The position numbers and the translations under genes were made by a program. From the NCBI RefSeq assembly GCF_009914755.1, contig NC_060934.1: 64,000 nt of DNA. One strand, written 5' to 3'. Under the pieces are notes generated by a model. The model did not search any database, was not told where the DNA came from, and saw nothing but the letters and a program-made list of their open reading frames with translations. Source of the stretch: the human T2T-CHM13v2.0 reference genome, Homo sapiens. This document shows positions 35,788 to 52,165 of the stretch, one piece after another (the first letter of the stretch is position 1; the number at the start of each line of letters is the position of its first letter).

Positions 35788-36575
35788 CCACAGGAATCCT
35801 CACACACTGTTGGTGAGAATGTAAATTAGTACAGCCACTATGGAAAACAGTATGGAAGTCCCTCAAAAATCGAAACAAATAAAACTACCATACGATTCAG
35901 CAATCTCACTGCTAGGTATATACCCGAAAGAATGAAAATCAGTATATCAAAGAGGTATCTGCACTCTCATGTTTACTGCAGTACTTTTCACAATAGCCAA
36001 GATTTGGAATCAACCTAAATGTCTATCAACAGATAAATGGATAAAGGAAATGTGGAACTACACACAATGGAATATTATTCAGCCATAAAAGAGAATGAAA
36101 ACATCTATCATTTGCAACAACATGGATGGAACTGGAGGACACTATGTTAAGTGAAATAAGCCAGGCACAGAAAAAAAATTTCGCATATTCTCGCTCATTA
36201 TGTGGGAGCTAAAAATTAAAACAATTGAACTCAATTGTTCATTAAAACAATAGAAGGGTACTGGGGAGGGGTAGAAAAAGTGGGGATGGTTAATGGGCAG
36301 AAAAATATAGTGAGATAGAATGAATAAGATTTGAACAGTATTTGATAGCACAGCAGGATGATGACAACCAACAATAATTTATTACATATTTTAAAATAAC
36401 TAGAAGAGTAGAATTGGAAAGTTCCTAAGACAAAGAAATGATAAATGCTGAAGTGATGTATGTCCCCATCACCCTGATGTGATTATTACACATTGTATGC
36501 CCCTATCAAAACATCACATGTACTCCCTAAATATCTATACCTATTATGTACCCATAATAATAAAAAATTTAAAAA
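35788..36575 (+). mobile_element. L1MA 3' end
   Basis: tgttggtgagaatgtaaattagtacagccactatggaaaacag...tatgtacccataataataaaa. Confidence 0.85.
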
Positions 36576-36683
36576 ATTATCTATATTTTAAAATACATTT
36601 CACTTGCAACTGGGAGTATTTTCAAGCTTTTTTTTTTTTTTTCTTTTCCCATTCCACTCAACTCTCTCCTATGCCAGTATTTA

Positions 36684-36884
<201 letters not shown>

Positions 36885-37010
36885 CTAGTATGGTAATTTC
36901 CCACTCATACTTTTTCCTTATCAGGTTTCTCATTTATTTTTTTCAAATAAACCATAATAAAATTAATTCTTTAGGTATAAAACATGACCCCTAAGGAGTT
37001 CTGATTTTTA

Positions 37011-37345
<335 letters not shown>

Positions 37346-37737
37346 AAGAACATGGATTTTGTAATCAAGAGTTCCCTGGTATTTGAATGTTGGCTCCACA
37401 GTTTACTAACTCTATGACTTTGGGACTTGGGATAAATTATTTATTCTTTTCCAGCAAGAGTTTTATTATTTGTAAATGTGTATTACATACCTACCACGTG
37501 GGATTGTGGTTAACATGCCCAAGATGTACTAGTACCCAATGCATGGCAGCTAGTCTATACCTTTCATTATTAGAGAAGCTGAAGTTTTTCATACCCTTAG
37601 TTACCATTTATATCCTCTTGTATGAATAGTTCTGTAGAAAAAAACTTCCCTTATGTTATATCCACTTTTCGTAACTGTGAAACCAAAATTTTGTGTATCA
37701 ATATTATAGTGAACACTCACTGCTTTAAAAAATCTTA

Positions 37738-38031
<294 letters not shown>

Positions 38032-38164
38032 TTACCTCTTATCTTTAACAGTCAAGAAAACAATCTCCATTTTATAAATGGCATTTGGGGTGAAGTGTCA
38101 TGATATATGCAACATACTTTCAAATGGTTCAGAAAACAAGATTTAAAGAACAGGAAAAAAACCA

Positions 38165-38482
<318 letters not shown>

Positions 38483-38743
38483 CTACAAAATATTGTAGAA
38501 TCTGGGTTGAAGGTATATAGATGGCCACTGTATTACTCTTTCAACTTTTCTATACATTTGAAAAATTTTATAATAAAAAGTTGGATAAAGAAGAGGGCAC
38601 TACAGGTCAGGGATGTATATAATGTAAAACAAATATGGTTAGGTTCTTCTAAGGCTTAAAAAAAAAAAAACAAAAACCTTCCTTCCTCAACAGCTGAAAT
38701 AATCATTACCTTCTACTATTCATATTTACTCCCTCCCCAAGTA

Positions 38744-39205
38744 CAGCAGTTCTCCCTTATCCACAGGGGATACATTTCAAGACAATCTCAGTGGATGGCT
38801 GAAACCACTATTGAACCCTGTGTATGCTATATTTTTCCTATACGTACATACCTATGATAAAGCTTAATTTACGAATTAGGCACAATAAGTAACAATAATA
38901 GAACAAATATAACAATATACTGTGACAGGTTATGTGACTCTAGTCTCTTTCTCAAAATATACCGCATTCACCCTTATTGTGATGTGAGAAAATGCCTCCA
39001 TGATGTGATGAAGTGAGGTGAATAAGGTAGGCACTGTGATGTAGTGTTAGACTACTACTGAAAACTAATTTAAAACGTTTTTAAAAACTCATTTTAACTT
39101 AGAAATCATTTCTAGAATTTTCCACTTAATATTTTCAGACTGCAGTTGGACTGTAGGTGACTGAACCTGCAGAAAGCAAAACCATGGATGATGGGGGATT
39201 GCTGT
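38744..39205. mobile_element. MER44 (Tigger7 family)
   Basis: TIRs cagcagttctcccttatccac / atggatgatgggggattgctg. Confidence 0.75.
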
Positions 39206-40742
39206 GTACACCAGGAGCCTGAGACGAGGAGACCACACAGAGAAGGCCAGTGAGGCTGAAGCACAGTGAGTGAGGTGGTGAGTGACAAATTCTTATGTAC
39301 AAGGAGTCAAGCGCCAGATCATGCAGAGTCTTAGGGGTCGTGTCAAGGATCTGTCCTTTTTCTACGAGCAATAGCGGCTGCAGGGTTTTACAAGAGCACC
39401 TTGGCTGCTATGTAGTAAATGGACCACACTTTATAAAACAGAATATACGTAGCCCTTAAATATTTCTGAATGACATTTAATGACATGCACAAACCATCAA
39501 TTAGAGAGACATCTGAAAATTGTAAGTTCAAGATATTTAAATACTTTTAAAGAAAAAGACACAACTGAGCCTATCTATACAGAAAACAATCTAAAGTATA
39601 GATATATATCTCAATCATCCCTATATTCCTTTATCCCCTACCTTTATTTTTTCATAGCATGTACCATCCTCTGAAAGGCCATATAGTTGGTTTATTTACT
39701 ACCGTTAACCATCTCTCCCTACACCTGCACCCCCAATCTAAGCAACATAAGAGAAGGGATTTGTCTATTTTGTCCACTGCTGTTATCACCACCCTAAAAT
39801 AGTGTTTGGAACAAAGCGGAGTGCTTAAATGTTATGTGTGTATGTATATGTGCATGTACACATACATGTGCACGCACACACAGTTTTAAAAAACATTTTT
39901 AAAACTCAAAGCTATATACACTATTTTCATAAAATAACATTAAATAAGAAAAAGTGGGATTTTTTTTTGCTTTCAGTAGGAAGAAGATGCAAAATGGTAA
40001 AGACAAGAAACAAAATAAATTAGGAAATGAGTTCTGTGTTTCATTCAACAGATATCTAATGACTTGACTAAATATCTGAGATTATACAAGTGTAAATTAC
40101 AATGATATTCCAAGCTGTTTCACTGAAGTACTACTTTCAAATTATTAATAGGTAGTCTAATGAGAAGTTTGATAATTTAAGTGTACAGAAGGCTGGGTTT
40201 GAAACTTAGATTTTTTTTTTTTAAGGACTTCTGAGAGCATGGTAATGTAAACTGTAGTTCTTAAAGGAGGATACAGCCATTCCGAACCAATGACAATGGA
40301 ATCATTTTTTTCAGAAATTATCCACTAATCATTGATAGAAAACTTTTGAAATACAGTTTGGGAAATGCTGGTATAAAACAAAAACCAGAGATACAGGGCA
40401 GAACATCCAGACTTAATTCTGTTCATTAATTAACTTAGTCTAAATTTACTGAGTGCTAACCATTATGTGCCTGGCACTGGGACACAATGGCAAATAAGAG
40501 AGACATGCTCTACATGACACTGCAGAGGTTACACTCTAACAGGAAGGACAGATACTAATGAAATCTAAAAATAAATTGTACAGTGTAATAAAGTACTATG
40601 AAGGAAAAGTACAATATGTTTAGAGAAATATAAACAGGAAACATTTCTGAGACTATCGCTTTATCAGTGGAGAAAGTGACATTTAAGCTAATATCTGCAG
40701 GAATTGGAGTTAAGTCAAAGATTGTTTTAAGAAGAAGGAACA

Positions 40743-41090
<348 letters not shown>

Positions 41091-43274
41091 TTACTATTTA
41101 TAACATGCTGGATGGGTAAAATTTCTTTAATTATAAAATATTTACGATAATTAGGTTCAGCTGTGATTTCACAATTAATTGCTGTAACACCAAGATCAAT
41201 TCCAATTTTTCATTGTACAGAGGCATAAACTCTCAAATCAGCCTGATTTTAAAGTGAACAAAGGAAATAAAGTTAAATAATTTAAAGAAATATTTAATAT
41301 GCAATCTTACAAAAATGGAATTGGAATCAGATGAACCATAGCTTATAATTAAGCAAATAGCTTAAAAGCCTCTTGGGCTGAAAGTAATTATAGATAAGTT
41401 TTCTATACATAGCAATATGAACAATAAAAAGAGGATGAGAAAACACTGAACAACAATCTTTAGAAAGTTCAGAGGCACACTTTCATGTCATGAGCTTTGC
41501 TATCATGGCACCCAGCTCCAAAAGTATTCACTTTTGTTACTTCAGCCTGCCTAGTGCAATAGAAGAGTGCCAGGTTTTAGAGACCCAAGTGTGAATTTTA
41601 GCTTCAACATCTGACTCCAAGTCCAGCAAGTCACCCTGCTATGTATTTTTATTATTTGCAAAATATATTTTCCTTACCCATCTCCCTCTCTTCTCTCCAG
41701 CAGGAAATGCTCCCTTTTCTCTTTATTACTTTTGCTTACACCATGAAAAACATTGCCTTTTCAGGTGGCTTTCTATGGTCTCTGTTAAATGCATGGTTAG
41801 CTAACACAAAAGGGTAAGCCTGCTCTAAACAGGCCATATCACTAATGTTAAGAAGCCAGAAATATTTTTTATTAAATAAGAGTGACATTAACTATCTGTA
41901 GATAAAGCCTATCTGGAGGCATAGGTTTTGCTAATGTGTCATAAACATCTGCTCTGATCCTCTGTTCACATGGGTGGGTATCTTTGCTGCTATCGCCATT
42001 CCTCATGCTCTCACCCCACCATTGGAAATTCCCACTTGATCTTCAAAGTCGGGTTCAAAATGATCTTTTCTCTACTTCTCCTAGGAAGAATTTCTCTCTC
42101 ATCTGTGATTCTGCAATACTAAATTTTATACTTAGGGCATTGTGCTATCACTATTTATGTTTACATACTGATCTCCAAAATGTGAGCTCTTTAAGAGTAG
42201 AGACGATGTCTAATTTGCCTTTGCATCTTTTCCTTCAAAAGATGTATTCTCATGTACTATTTGGGGACTGTAAATCTTTTAAGGTTGAGGACTAAATAAT
42301 ATTGTCTTTGTAATGGACTCATTGCCTGGTATAATATTTTGGCTTACTGTAGGCGCTCAGTATTTTATAAAATACCATTGTCAAAAGATGAAAAGGATCA
42401 ACCTAAATAAAACACATGAAAAAAGACATTTCTACTTGCTCTATAATAAATTATAATAAACATTACCAATCTAAAAAGAGCTATTCAAGGTTATATTATG
42501 CAGATTCCTAAACAAAGATTAAATTATATTCATTTATTCATTAAATTTTTATTTAAGCAAATAATGATCATACCACTTAGACATAACAATTAAGGCTACC
42601 TTTAGACCTTTTTGGTTACTGAATTAAAAACAGCTTATTAAAAGCAACAATATCATACAAAATTCCATATGTGTAAATAAGTGATGACTAATTATGTAAG
42701 AAGCTACTTAAGAAGTTTAAATCCCTGAATATTTATGCATGTAGAGGGAGACTCCATTGCTAGTTGAACAAAAGGCCTGAGCTGAATTATTTTCTCTACT
42801 ACTTTCAAATGACATTTCTAAGAACCCAAACAAGTAACTCTATGGAGGAACACTGCTCCAGCAAATACCACCTAGTTTTTCTACATCCAAACGCCCAACT
42901 CTTCCCTGACTCGTTATAATCGCCTCTAACTGGTTCCCTGCCTGCACCTTCATCTGTTCTTCATGGAACAGTGAAAGCAATCCTGTTAATATACAAGTCA
43001 GGTCATGTCATTCTTCCATTCAAAATCTTACACTTATTTCCCATCTCACTCAAAATAAATCCCAAAGTCCTTAAAATTGCTTCCAAGGTCCAACATGATT
43101 TGCACTCCCCTTTCCTTGTTACCTCTCTGGTACTGTTAACTATTCCCCTTTTCACTCACTCTGCTATAGTCATACTGGATTCCTTACTGTTTGTCAATCT
43201 TGTAAGAATCAGCCTGCTCCCTCACCTCAAGTTTTTGTTTCAATGTCATCTTCCCAGACTGATCAGATCATTCC

Positions 43275-44200
43275 TTACCAGTTATCCCACTATATGCCCA
43301 GCAGAATGGCTAAAATAGAAAAGGCTAACAACATCACATGATGGGGAGGATATGGAATAACTAGAACTCTCATACATGGTTAGTGAGGAAAGGCTGATAG
43401 ATACTGTAAGACCAAACACACACAATCCATAGCCCGGCAAGTCTGCTCCTAAGAATTTACTCAAGAGAAAGGAAAACACAAGTCCACAGAAAGACGTGAG
43501 TAAGAATGTTCAAAGAGCTTTATTCATAATGGGCCCAAACTGGAAGCCACTCAAATGTCCACCAAAATAGGACAGATGAACAAACTGTGGTAAAGCCATA
43601 CAGCAGACTACTACTCAGCAATAAAAAGGAATAAACTATTTATACATGCAACAACATGGGTAAATCTCAAAAACACCATAGGGAGTAAAAATAGCTTCGC
43701 ACAAAGTACATCAATGAAGTTCTCAACTGGCAAAAATAATCTATGACAGAAAAAAATATCATAACAGTAGTTCCCTCTGGGAAGTGGAGGCAGGGACCGA
43801 GAAGGGGAATGAAAGAGTTTTCTGGAATGATGGTAATGTTCTCTATCTTGATGGGGGGCTGAGTTATGTAAATATATGAATATGACAAAATTTAGCCAAT
43901 ATCCACTATTTGTGAATCTCACTGCATGTCAATTTTGACTCAAATGAAAGCAACAGTAAACAAATAGTGAACTCTAATGAATGATATGCATGCTGAAGTA
44001 TTTAGGAAAACATGCACTCGTGTGTAATTTACTTTAAATGCCTTTAAAAAATAAGATGAATGGAGAGATGAATACATGGGTGATAAAATAAATAATAACA
44101 TGGAAGAATCTAGCTAGTGGTATATTATGGGTAAATTCTCATTGTAAATTGTTAAAACTTTTACTGAATGTTTGAAAATGTTCACTGTAAAATCTTGCTG
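43275..44200 (+). mobile_element. L1ME-type 3' end (L2 fragments on either side)
   Basis: cagaatggctaaaat...gaatgttc..agagctttattcataat...tactcagcaataaaaaggaa...atgcaacaacatggg. Confidence 0.7.
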
Positions 44201-44492
44201 AACCCCAGAACACTGTGTTCCCCAACTCTGTTTTATTTTTCCCTAGCACTTGTGACTTCCTTATAGACCACTTGACAGTTTCTTCTCACCAGAATATAAG
44301 ATCCTTGAAGGTAGGAGTGAGATTTTTTTGCTTTGCTTTATCCCAGGTCTACAATCACGCCTAAAGCATGTAAGTATCCAATAAATACTTATTTAATAAA
44401 TAAATGAGCCAATGAATTATACCAGTTATTTAAGGTCCACAAACTATTACCATTTGGAATAGATTTCATAAAGAAACAAAGATAACATTTCA

Positions 44493-44844
<352 letters not shown>

Positions 44845-45519
44845 TTAAGGACAGATAGTATCTGGCAAGGAAAAGAGCAATTTAATATCTATTATATTTC
44901 ACAAGAAATAAATGATACAAGGTTATTACTCTCTACCTATCCTCTTGCTTAAAGCTCAGTAATCAATTTCTAGAATACAAAAAGGAAGACCTTTACAGAT
45001 AAAATAGTCCAGTTCTGTTATTTCTCTTCAGTGTGAAACATTTGCCAATTTACTACTTTCCTTATAAAATCAACAGGATGTAAAGTCAAGTGACTGAGTA
45101 GCACAATAACAGGTGGCCCAGACATGAAGTTTCATTCTGATTCTGTCCTCTCATGTCCTTATTTGTACCCCTAGCATCCGTTTAGGCTTAGGTCGTTTAT
45201 GCTGTACATATTAAGAGCCTACATGCCCAGTGTGATGTGTGACAATGTAAGCGGGAAGGGAATAAAATTAGAGTCTCTTTCTACGCTTAGAAAAGCCGCA
45301 ATCTAATTGAATCATTTCCCCAAAATTAAATTTTAAAAGGCTCTCCCAAACTGTTATTTTTTGTTGTAATCTTTATGCTGATGATTTCTATGCCTCCAAA
45401 ACAGCCCCGAGAGCAGTAAAATACAGATACAAATGTGTCTGTTTTTTTCTAAAATGCCCTACAGCAGCAGCAATGAACTAATTTAAATCTGTCTAAAAGT
45501 GCTTATATAATCAATAACA

Positions 45520-46280
45520 CAAACTAAATCTGTCCCACTGCTTAGTCCTTAGCCCTTGTATATACGCACCCTTGCAATTTCATCCAGTATCATGGCTTCA
45601 ACTACCATTTGGATGCTGGTGATTATTCTAAATCTTAACTTCTAGCTCAGAATTCTGAACTCTAGACATGTATATAAAGACCTTACTATATGTTCCACAG
45701 ACATCTCTCACATAACATCGACACCCCTGCTCCATGACTCTCCAAATCTGTTCCTCCTCCTGACCTACGTCAGCAAGTTTCACTGTCATCTATCCAGTCA
45801 CCCAAGTCAGAAGCCTCAATGTTTCCAGCTCCCTTTTGCTTCTTATTTCCCCATTTCCAAATCAGGCACAGATTTCTCATTGGTTTTATGACTAGAAATT
45901 ACTCAATACTCTCCATCCCACGGCCACAGTTCGTGCAGCAAGTGGCCTTCTAACCTCTAGTATTACATTACTCTCCACTGGTCTTTCTAAGAGTTTGACC
46001 AAGTCAACTCTCACACTTCATCTTTGGGTCTTTATTTGCCTCCCTGGTGAAATTCAAACTTGCCTTGGGAAACAGGTCCTCATGACCTAGCTCTAGCTAA
46101 TTCCTCCAGTTCAACACCTGACCACTTTCTCCCCTGAATTTCCTAATCCACCTAGAATAAGCATCTAATAGAACTTTCTAGTAACATCTATATGTACTGT
46201 TCCCTGCCTCTAACTCCATCTATAACTCTTCTCCCTTCTTTATAATTCTACTAGGATGTCTACCCCGCTTTTGGAAAGTC
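45520..46280 (+). mobile_element. L2 fragment
   Basis: catggcttcaactaccat...ctagacatgtata...aaatctgttcctcctcctg...cacccaagtcagaagcct. Confidence 0.6.
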
Positions 46281-46786
46281 TTCCACAATGATTATGTAAT
46301 ACTATGGTAACATAAAAAACAGGCAGAAGTGACTTAAAAATGCCTATCTCCATAAAGATTCAACTGAAGTCTTTACAAAGTTGAAAACTGAGCAAGTCAG
46401 AATCTGGAAAAAAATTCTTGATAGAGATTCCATGACCCCTGAACAACCTGCCTCACACATACTGGAAGTGGCAGAAGATAAGAAAGTAACAAGAAGGATG
46501 TAGATTCCCCACAGATTGCTTATTTGTTGTAAGGGAAATATAGTAACTATACTGTGGAGAAACTGGACCATACTTTCACCAGATGGTGAAAATTACCATT
46601 ACCAGTGAGGTGCAGATGCATCTGTGTGCCTCCAGATGTGATGTCATGGGGACACGATATCCCTTATGTGACATTTCAGCTGGAAATGCAAAACTTCAAT
46701 ATGAGAAAACATCAGACAAACCTAAAATGGGGTCACTCTATTAAAAAAAGTCAAAACTGTATTCTTCAAAAATGTCTACGTCATAA

Positions 46787-47194
<408 letters not shown>

Positions 47195-47733
47195 TGAGAA
47201 AGAGAATAAAGCAAATAGGGCAAAGTGTTAACACGTCTGGGTAAAGGGTAGAGAATGCTCTATGTACTTACTACTCCCCTTCTTGCAACTTTTCTGTAAG
47301 TAAAATTACTTCCAAATAATGGTTGTTTTTTTTTTTTAAATAAAGCTAAGAGCAAAAGGACTTTTTTTTAAAAAAGTACAATCTGTACAAGAGATTCAAG
47401 TACTGCTTCCAGAACTGTTACCAAGTACCTGCATAATCCTTACAAGTCAGTGAAAGTCTCTTTCTTAAATTCCCTTTCTTAATTTCTTAATTTCTCTATT
47501 TAAACTAGTTTCAGAATACTGTTCTCTGAAAAGCAGTTCCAGCAATATCATTAAGTGTTATGTGAGGAGTTCTGTGATTAAATAATTTTGGGATATGCAC
47601 AGAGGCAGGGATAAGCTATGCTGAACAACGTCTTTACAGAAGAATCCTCACAGATTTTATGTATGCCAAAATGCATTATGATCTTCCAAATTAATAATAC
47701 AGAATTCAACATTTCTTAATTAGTCATTTGACC

Positions 47734-48018
<285 letters not shown>

Positions 48019-48249
48019 CTTTTGACCACTGTTCATGTGAGTTCTTTTGGTGGGACCTGATCTTTAATTTATAGTACCATTCTCCTCCACAATATATGTC
48101 ATCAATTTTGGGAAACATCATCTTGTAACTCCATTCACTGTCCAACTCATAATGAGGTCTTTTTCAGTTAGTTTATTTTTTTTAAGGGGGCTGTATTTTG
48201 ACTATGAAATCTCAAAATGGAACTACCTTTAATGGTTAAAGACAAAGAT

Positions 48250-48465
48250 TAGAGGTTAAACTATAGTGTGGGGCCAAATCTAGCCCACCACCTGTTTTTC
48301 TAAATAATTATATTGGAACATAGCCACACTCATTGGTCTGCATATCATTCCACAGCTGCTTTTGCCCTTCACCAAGAGAGTTGAGTAGTGATGACACAGA
48401 CTGTAGGGCCAGCGAATCTTAAAATATTTACTATCTGATTCTTTACGGGAAGAGTTTGCAGATCT
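48250..48465. mobile_element. MER58A
   Basis: gggccaaatctagcccaccacctgtttt...aaaatatttactatctg..tctttac.g.aagagtttgc. Confidence 0.75.
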
Positions 48466-48479
48466 TCAATATAGATCTG

Positions 48480-48642
48480 TTTTTTTTTCAGAGATGGGGT
48501 CTTGCTATATTGCCCAGGCTGGAGTGCAGTGGCTATTAACAAGCACAAACGGCACTTTACAGCCCCAAAATCCTGGACAAGTGATCCTCCTGCCTCTGCC
48601 TCCTAAGTAGCTGGTGCTACAGGTGCAACCACCACACCCCGC
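48480..48642 (-). mobile_element. FAM-like Alu monomer
   Basis: gcagtggctatt.aca.gc pattern typical of FAM/7SL-derived monomers. Confidence 0.65.
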
Positions 48643-49861
48643 TTAGATCCATTTAATTTTTGAGGTTCAGCAGACTAGTTGTGGTAAGGTAGATCAGTGG
48701 CAGAGACTAAAGAATGCTCTACTATTTACATAGTGAAAATGCCTGAGAGAAGAGGGAAGTAATATTAAGTAAAAAAAAAAACCGTATCACTATGTTCAGA
48801 CCCTTTATTAGATACTTCATGTTCACTCTGAAGACTGATTAAGTCACTTGTCCGAAGTGGCGGAAGTAGGATTTGGACTGAGGTCTGACTCCAGAACCCT
48901 ATGATCTTTCTACTGTAGCTTAATTCTCCCTTCTTGTCTTCTTCTGCCTTCCCCATCTATGGCTGGGTTCTGGTTGGTACTCAGGGGAAGATTCAGAATA
49001 CTAAGAGAGAAGCAAAAAGGACTTTAAATGGCTGAAGAGATGATCAACAGCATCCTAGGTATAAGGATTATTAGAATGCTACAACCAGTCCACCTAAGGA
49101 AGTAAGAGCAGGTTTCTTAGCTTCGCTTACAGGATTCTCCTTAGAGTACTTCTACTTGATTTTAGCTCCTAAGACTTAACTGCTGCTAATGTCCAGGCAT
49201 CCTAGATATGAAGGACAGAGCTGAGGAAGATGAAGTCACAAGAAAGCCAAGACCAGGTACAGATGCTTCCCTATGCCATTCTTAATCACGCATTAGCCTT
49301 ACATGTATCGCAGTTCGCAGTAAAAAGTCTGTTTTATCTTGCTTAATATACTCAAAAATAGAAAACTATTAAAATTTGTTAGTTCTTCCTCTGGATTTCT
49401 AACACTTTGCTTCTATCTTTGACACATTTACTATACCATATATGGAAACAAAATAATATAATCTTTTTACAGAAAGTAATGAGAAATGAGTTTACTTATA
49501 AGGAATCAGCTTAGTACTTTATTATTACTATAAAAGCTACCATAAAAGAAGTCAGAAGATAACTAAATTATTTACCATCCAGAGAGAGGAGGATTTATGT
49601 GATGAACTAAATAGGTTGAAACAAAGTATCAAGTAGACTAAATTTGACCATGCACTGTTCTTCTATCAAAAATAACAGATTTATCTATGGTTGGTTTCTT
49701 GCCAGTCAATGTAGCACTTAGCTGTTGTTACACTTACTTTATTACATACATTGTTTTACTTATCTAAAATATAAACCTTTAGGATTTCTATGAATGCTGA
49801 CATTTGTGCATGTTTAAGATGACTCTCAAATACTATAATGTGGCTAGTATGAGAAATGATA

Positions 49862-50268
49862 GTTCTCATCAATATGTGGGAGCTAAAAAAACAAACCAAA
49901 ACAAAAAACTGAACTCATGGAGACAGAGAATAAAGTGATGGTTACCAAAGGCTGGGAAGGGTAGTGGGGAGGGAGGGATAAAGAAGGGATGATTAACGGG
50001 TACAAAAACACAGTTAGATGGAATAAGATGTAGGGTTTGGCAGCACAATAAAGAGACCATTTTTTTAAAAAAAACCATGATTTATTGTATATTTCAAAAC
50101 AACTAAATGAGTGGAACTGGAATGTTCCTAACACAAATAAATGATAAATGCTTGAGGTGATGTATACTCAAATTACCCTGATTTGATCATTACACATTGT
50201 ATGCTTGTATCAAAATATCACATGTACCCTGTAAATATGTACAACTATTATGTATCCATAATTTTTTT
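49862..50268 (+). mobile_element. L1MA 3' end
   Basis: atgtgggagctaaaa...gaactcatggagacagag...taccctgatttgatcattacacattgtatgc. Confidence 0.85.
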
Positions 50269-51036
50269 AAAAAGAGAAGTATATACAATGTACTTCTTCT
50301 TATTCACTTCAGACTAAAACTAAAAATAATCTTACAGATTTTTCTTCCTTTTCACCGAGTCCCTAAGTTTCGCCAAAACCACAAAATCCCCCCCAGTGTA
50401 ATTTCTGATATTTGTAATAGAAGTAGTGTCTTCCTGGACTGGTTAAAAAATAAAAGGGACTTTGGCAATCTCAAAACTTTCTTGTTCAAATATGTGTATT
50501 TTATGTTTGTTCAAGCTTACCCCCTTTTATTTATAATTACCACAGCAGTATTTCATAATTTCTAATTTAATATTATTTGATACCATAAATTCTTTTCTTC
50601 TATATTGTATAACATGGTGTAAGGAAACAAAGTTTCTGATTTCATTAGATGAGTCTTATCAAATAGGAAGGTATCTAAGTATATAAAAGATATGATACTA
50701 TTCAACAGCACACAATGATCAGAAATCTGAATTGGAATTCCAAGTCTGCTGTTTACTAATTGTGACTTGACTTTTCTAAACCAAATTTCCTTATTAGTAA
50801 AATCAGGTAATTGCCATTATAAGAAGAAACTGAAACAACAAATGGACATAAACCTCTTAGCATGGTCCCTAGCATACACATATTAGCTCTCTGACTAATG
50901 AAATCAACCTGTTTCTTTACTGATAAAGCACAGAAAATGCCACCTAACTTCAAATGTTGCCATGAGGATTAAATAAACATACGTCCATAAAGTCCTGGTG
51001 CATTTATTATTCTAATAGGCAAATTATAATAATTAA

Positions 51037-51366
<330 letters not shown>

Positions 51367-51399
51367 TAGTTATTCTTTAATAAATAAGCTTAATAGTTA

Positions 51400-51684
<285 letters not shown>

Positions 51685-51841
51685 TTACTCTAATAAATCT
51701 TACTCTTATTTACTTAATAAATAAGTAGATAAATTTTTAAAACTTTAGTTCCAAATTTACCTTGTGTTTTCTTAAAAGATATTCTTTCTCCTACTAATCT
51801 TAAAAAACAAACAAACAAACAAACAAACAAGAACACATTTT

Positions 51842-52165
51842 AGCCGGGCGCGGTGGCTCAAGACTGTAATCCCAGCACTTTGGGAGGCCGAGGTCGGCGG
51901 ATCACGAGGTCAGGAGATTGAGACCATCCTGGCTAACACGGTGAAACCCCGTCTCCACGAAAAATACAAAAAATTAGCTGGGCGTGGTGGCTGGAGCCTG
52001 TAGTCCCAGCCACTTGCGAGGCTGAGGCAGGAAAATGGCAAACCTGCAGAACCCAGGTAACTGACGTTGCAGTGAGCAGAGATCCTGCCACTGCTCTCCA
52101 GCCAGGGCGACAGAGTGAGACTCTGTCTCAAAAGAAAAATAAATAAATAAAAATAAATAAATAAA
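51842..52165 (+). mobile_element. Atypical AluY
   Basis: AluY backbone with many transversions and a short insertion; (TAAA)n tail. Confidence 0.85.
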
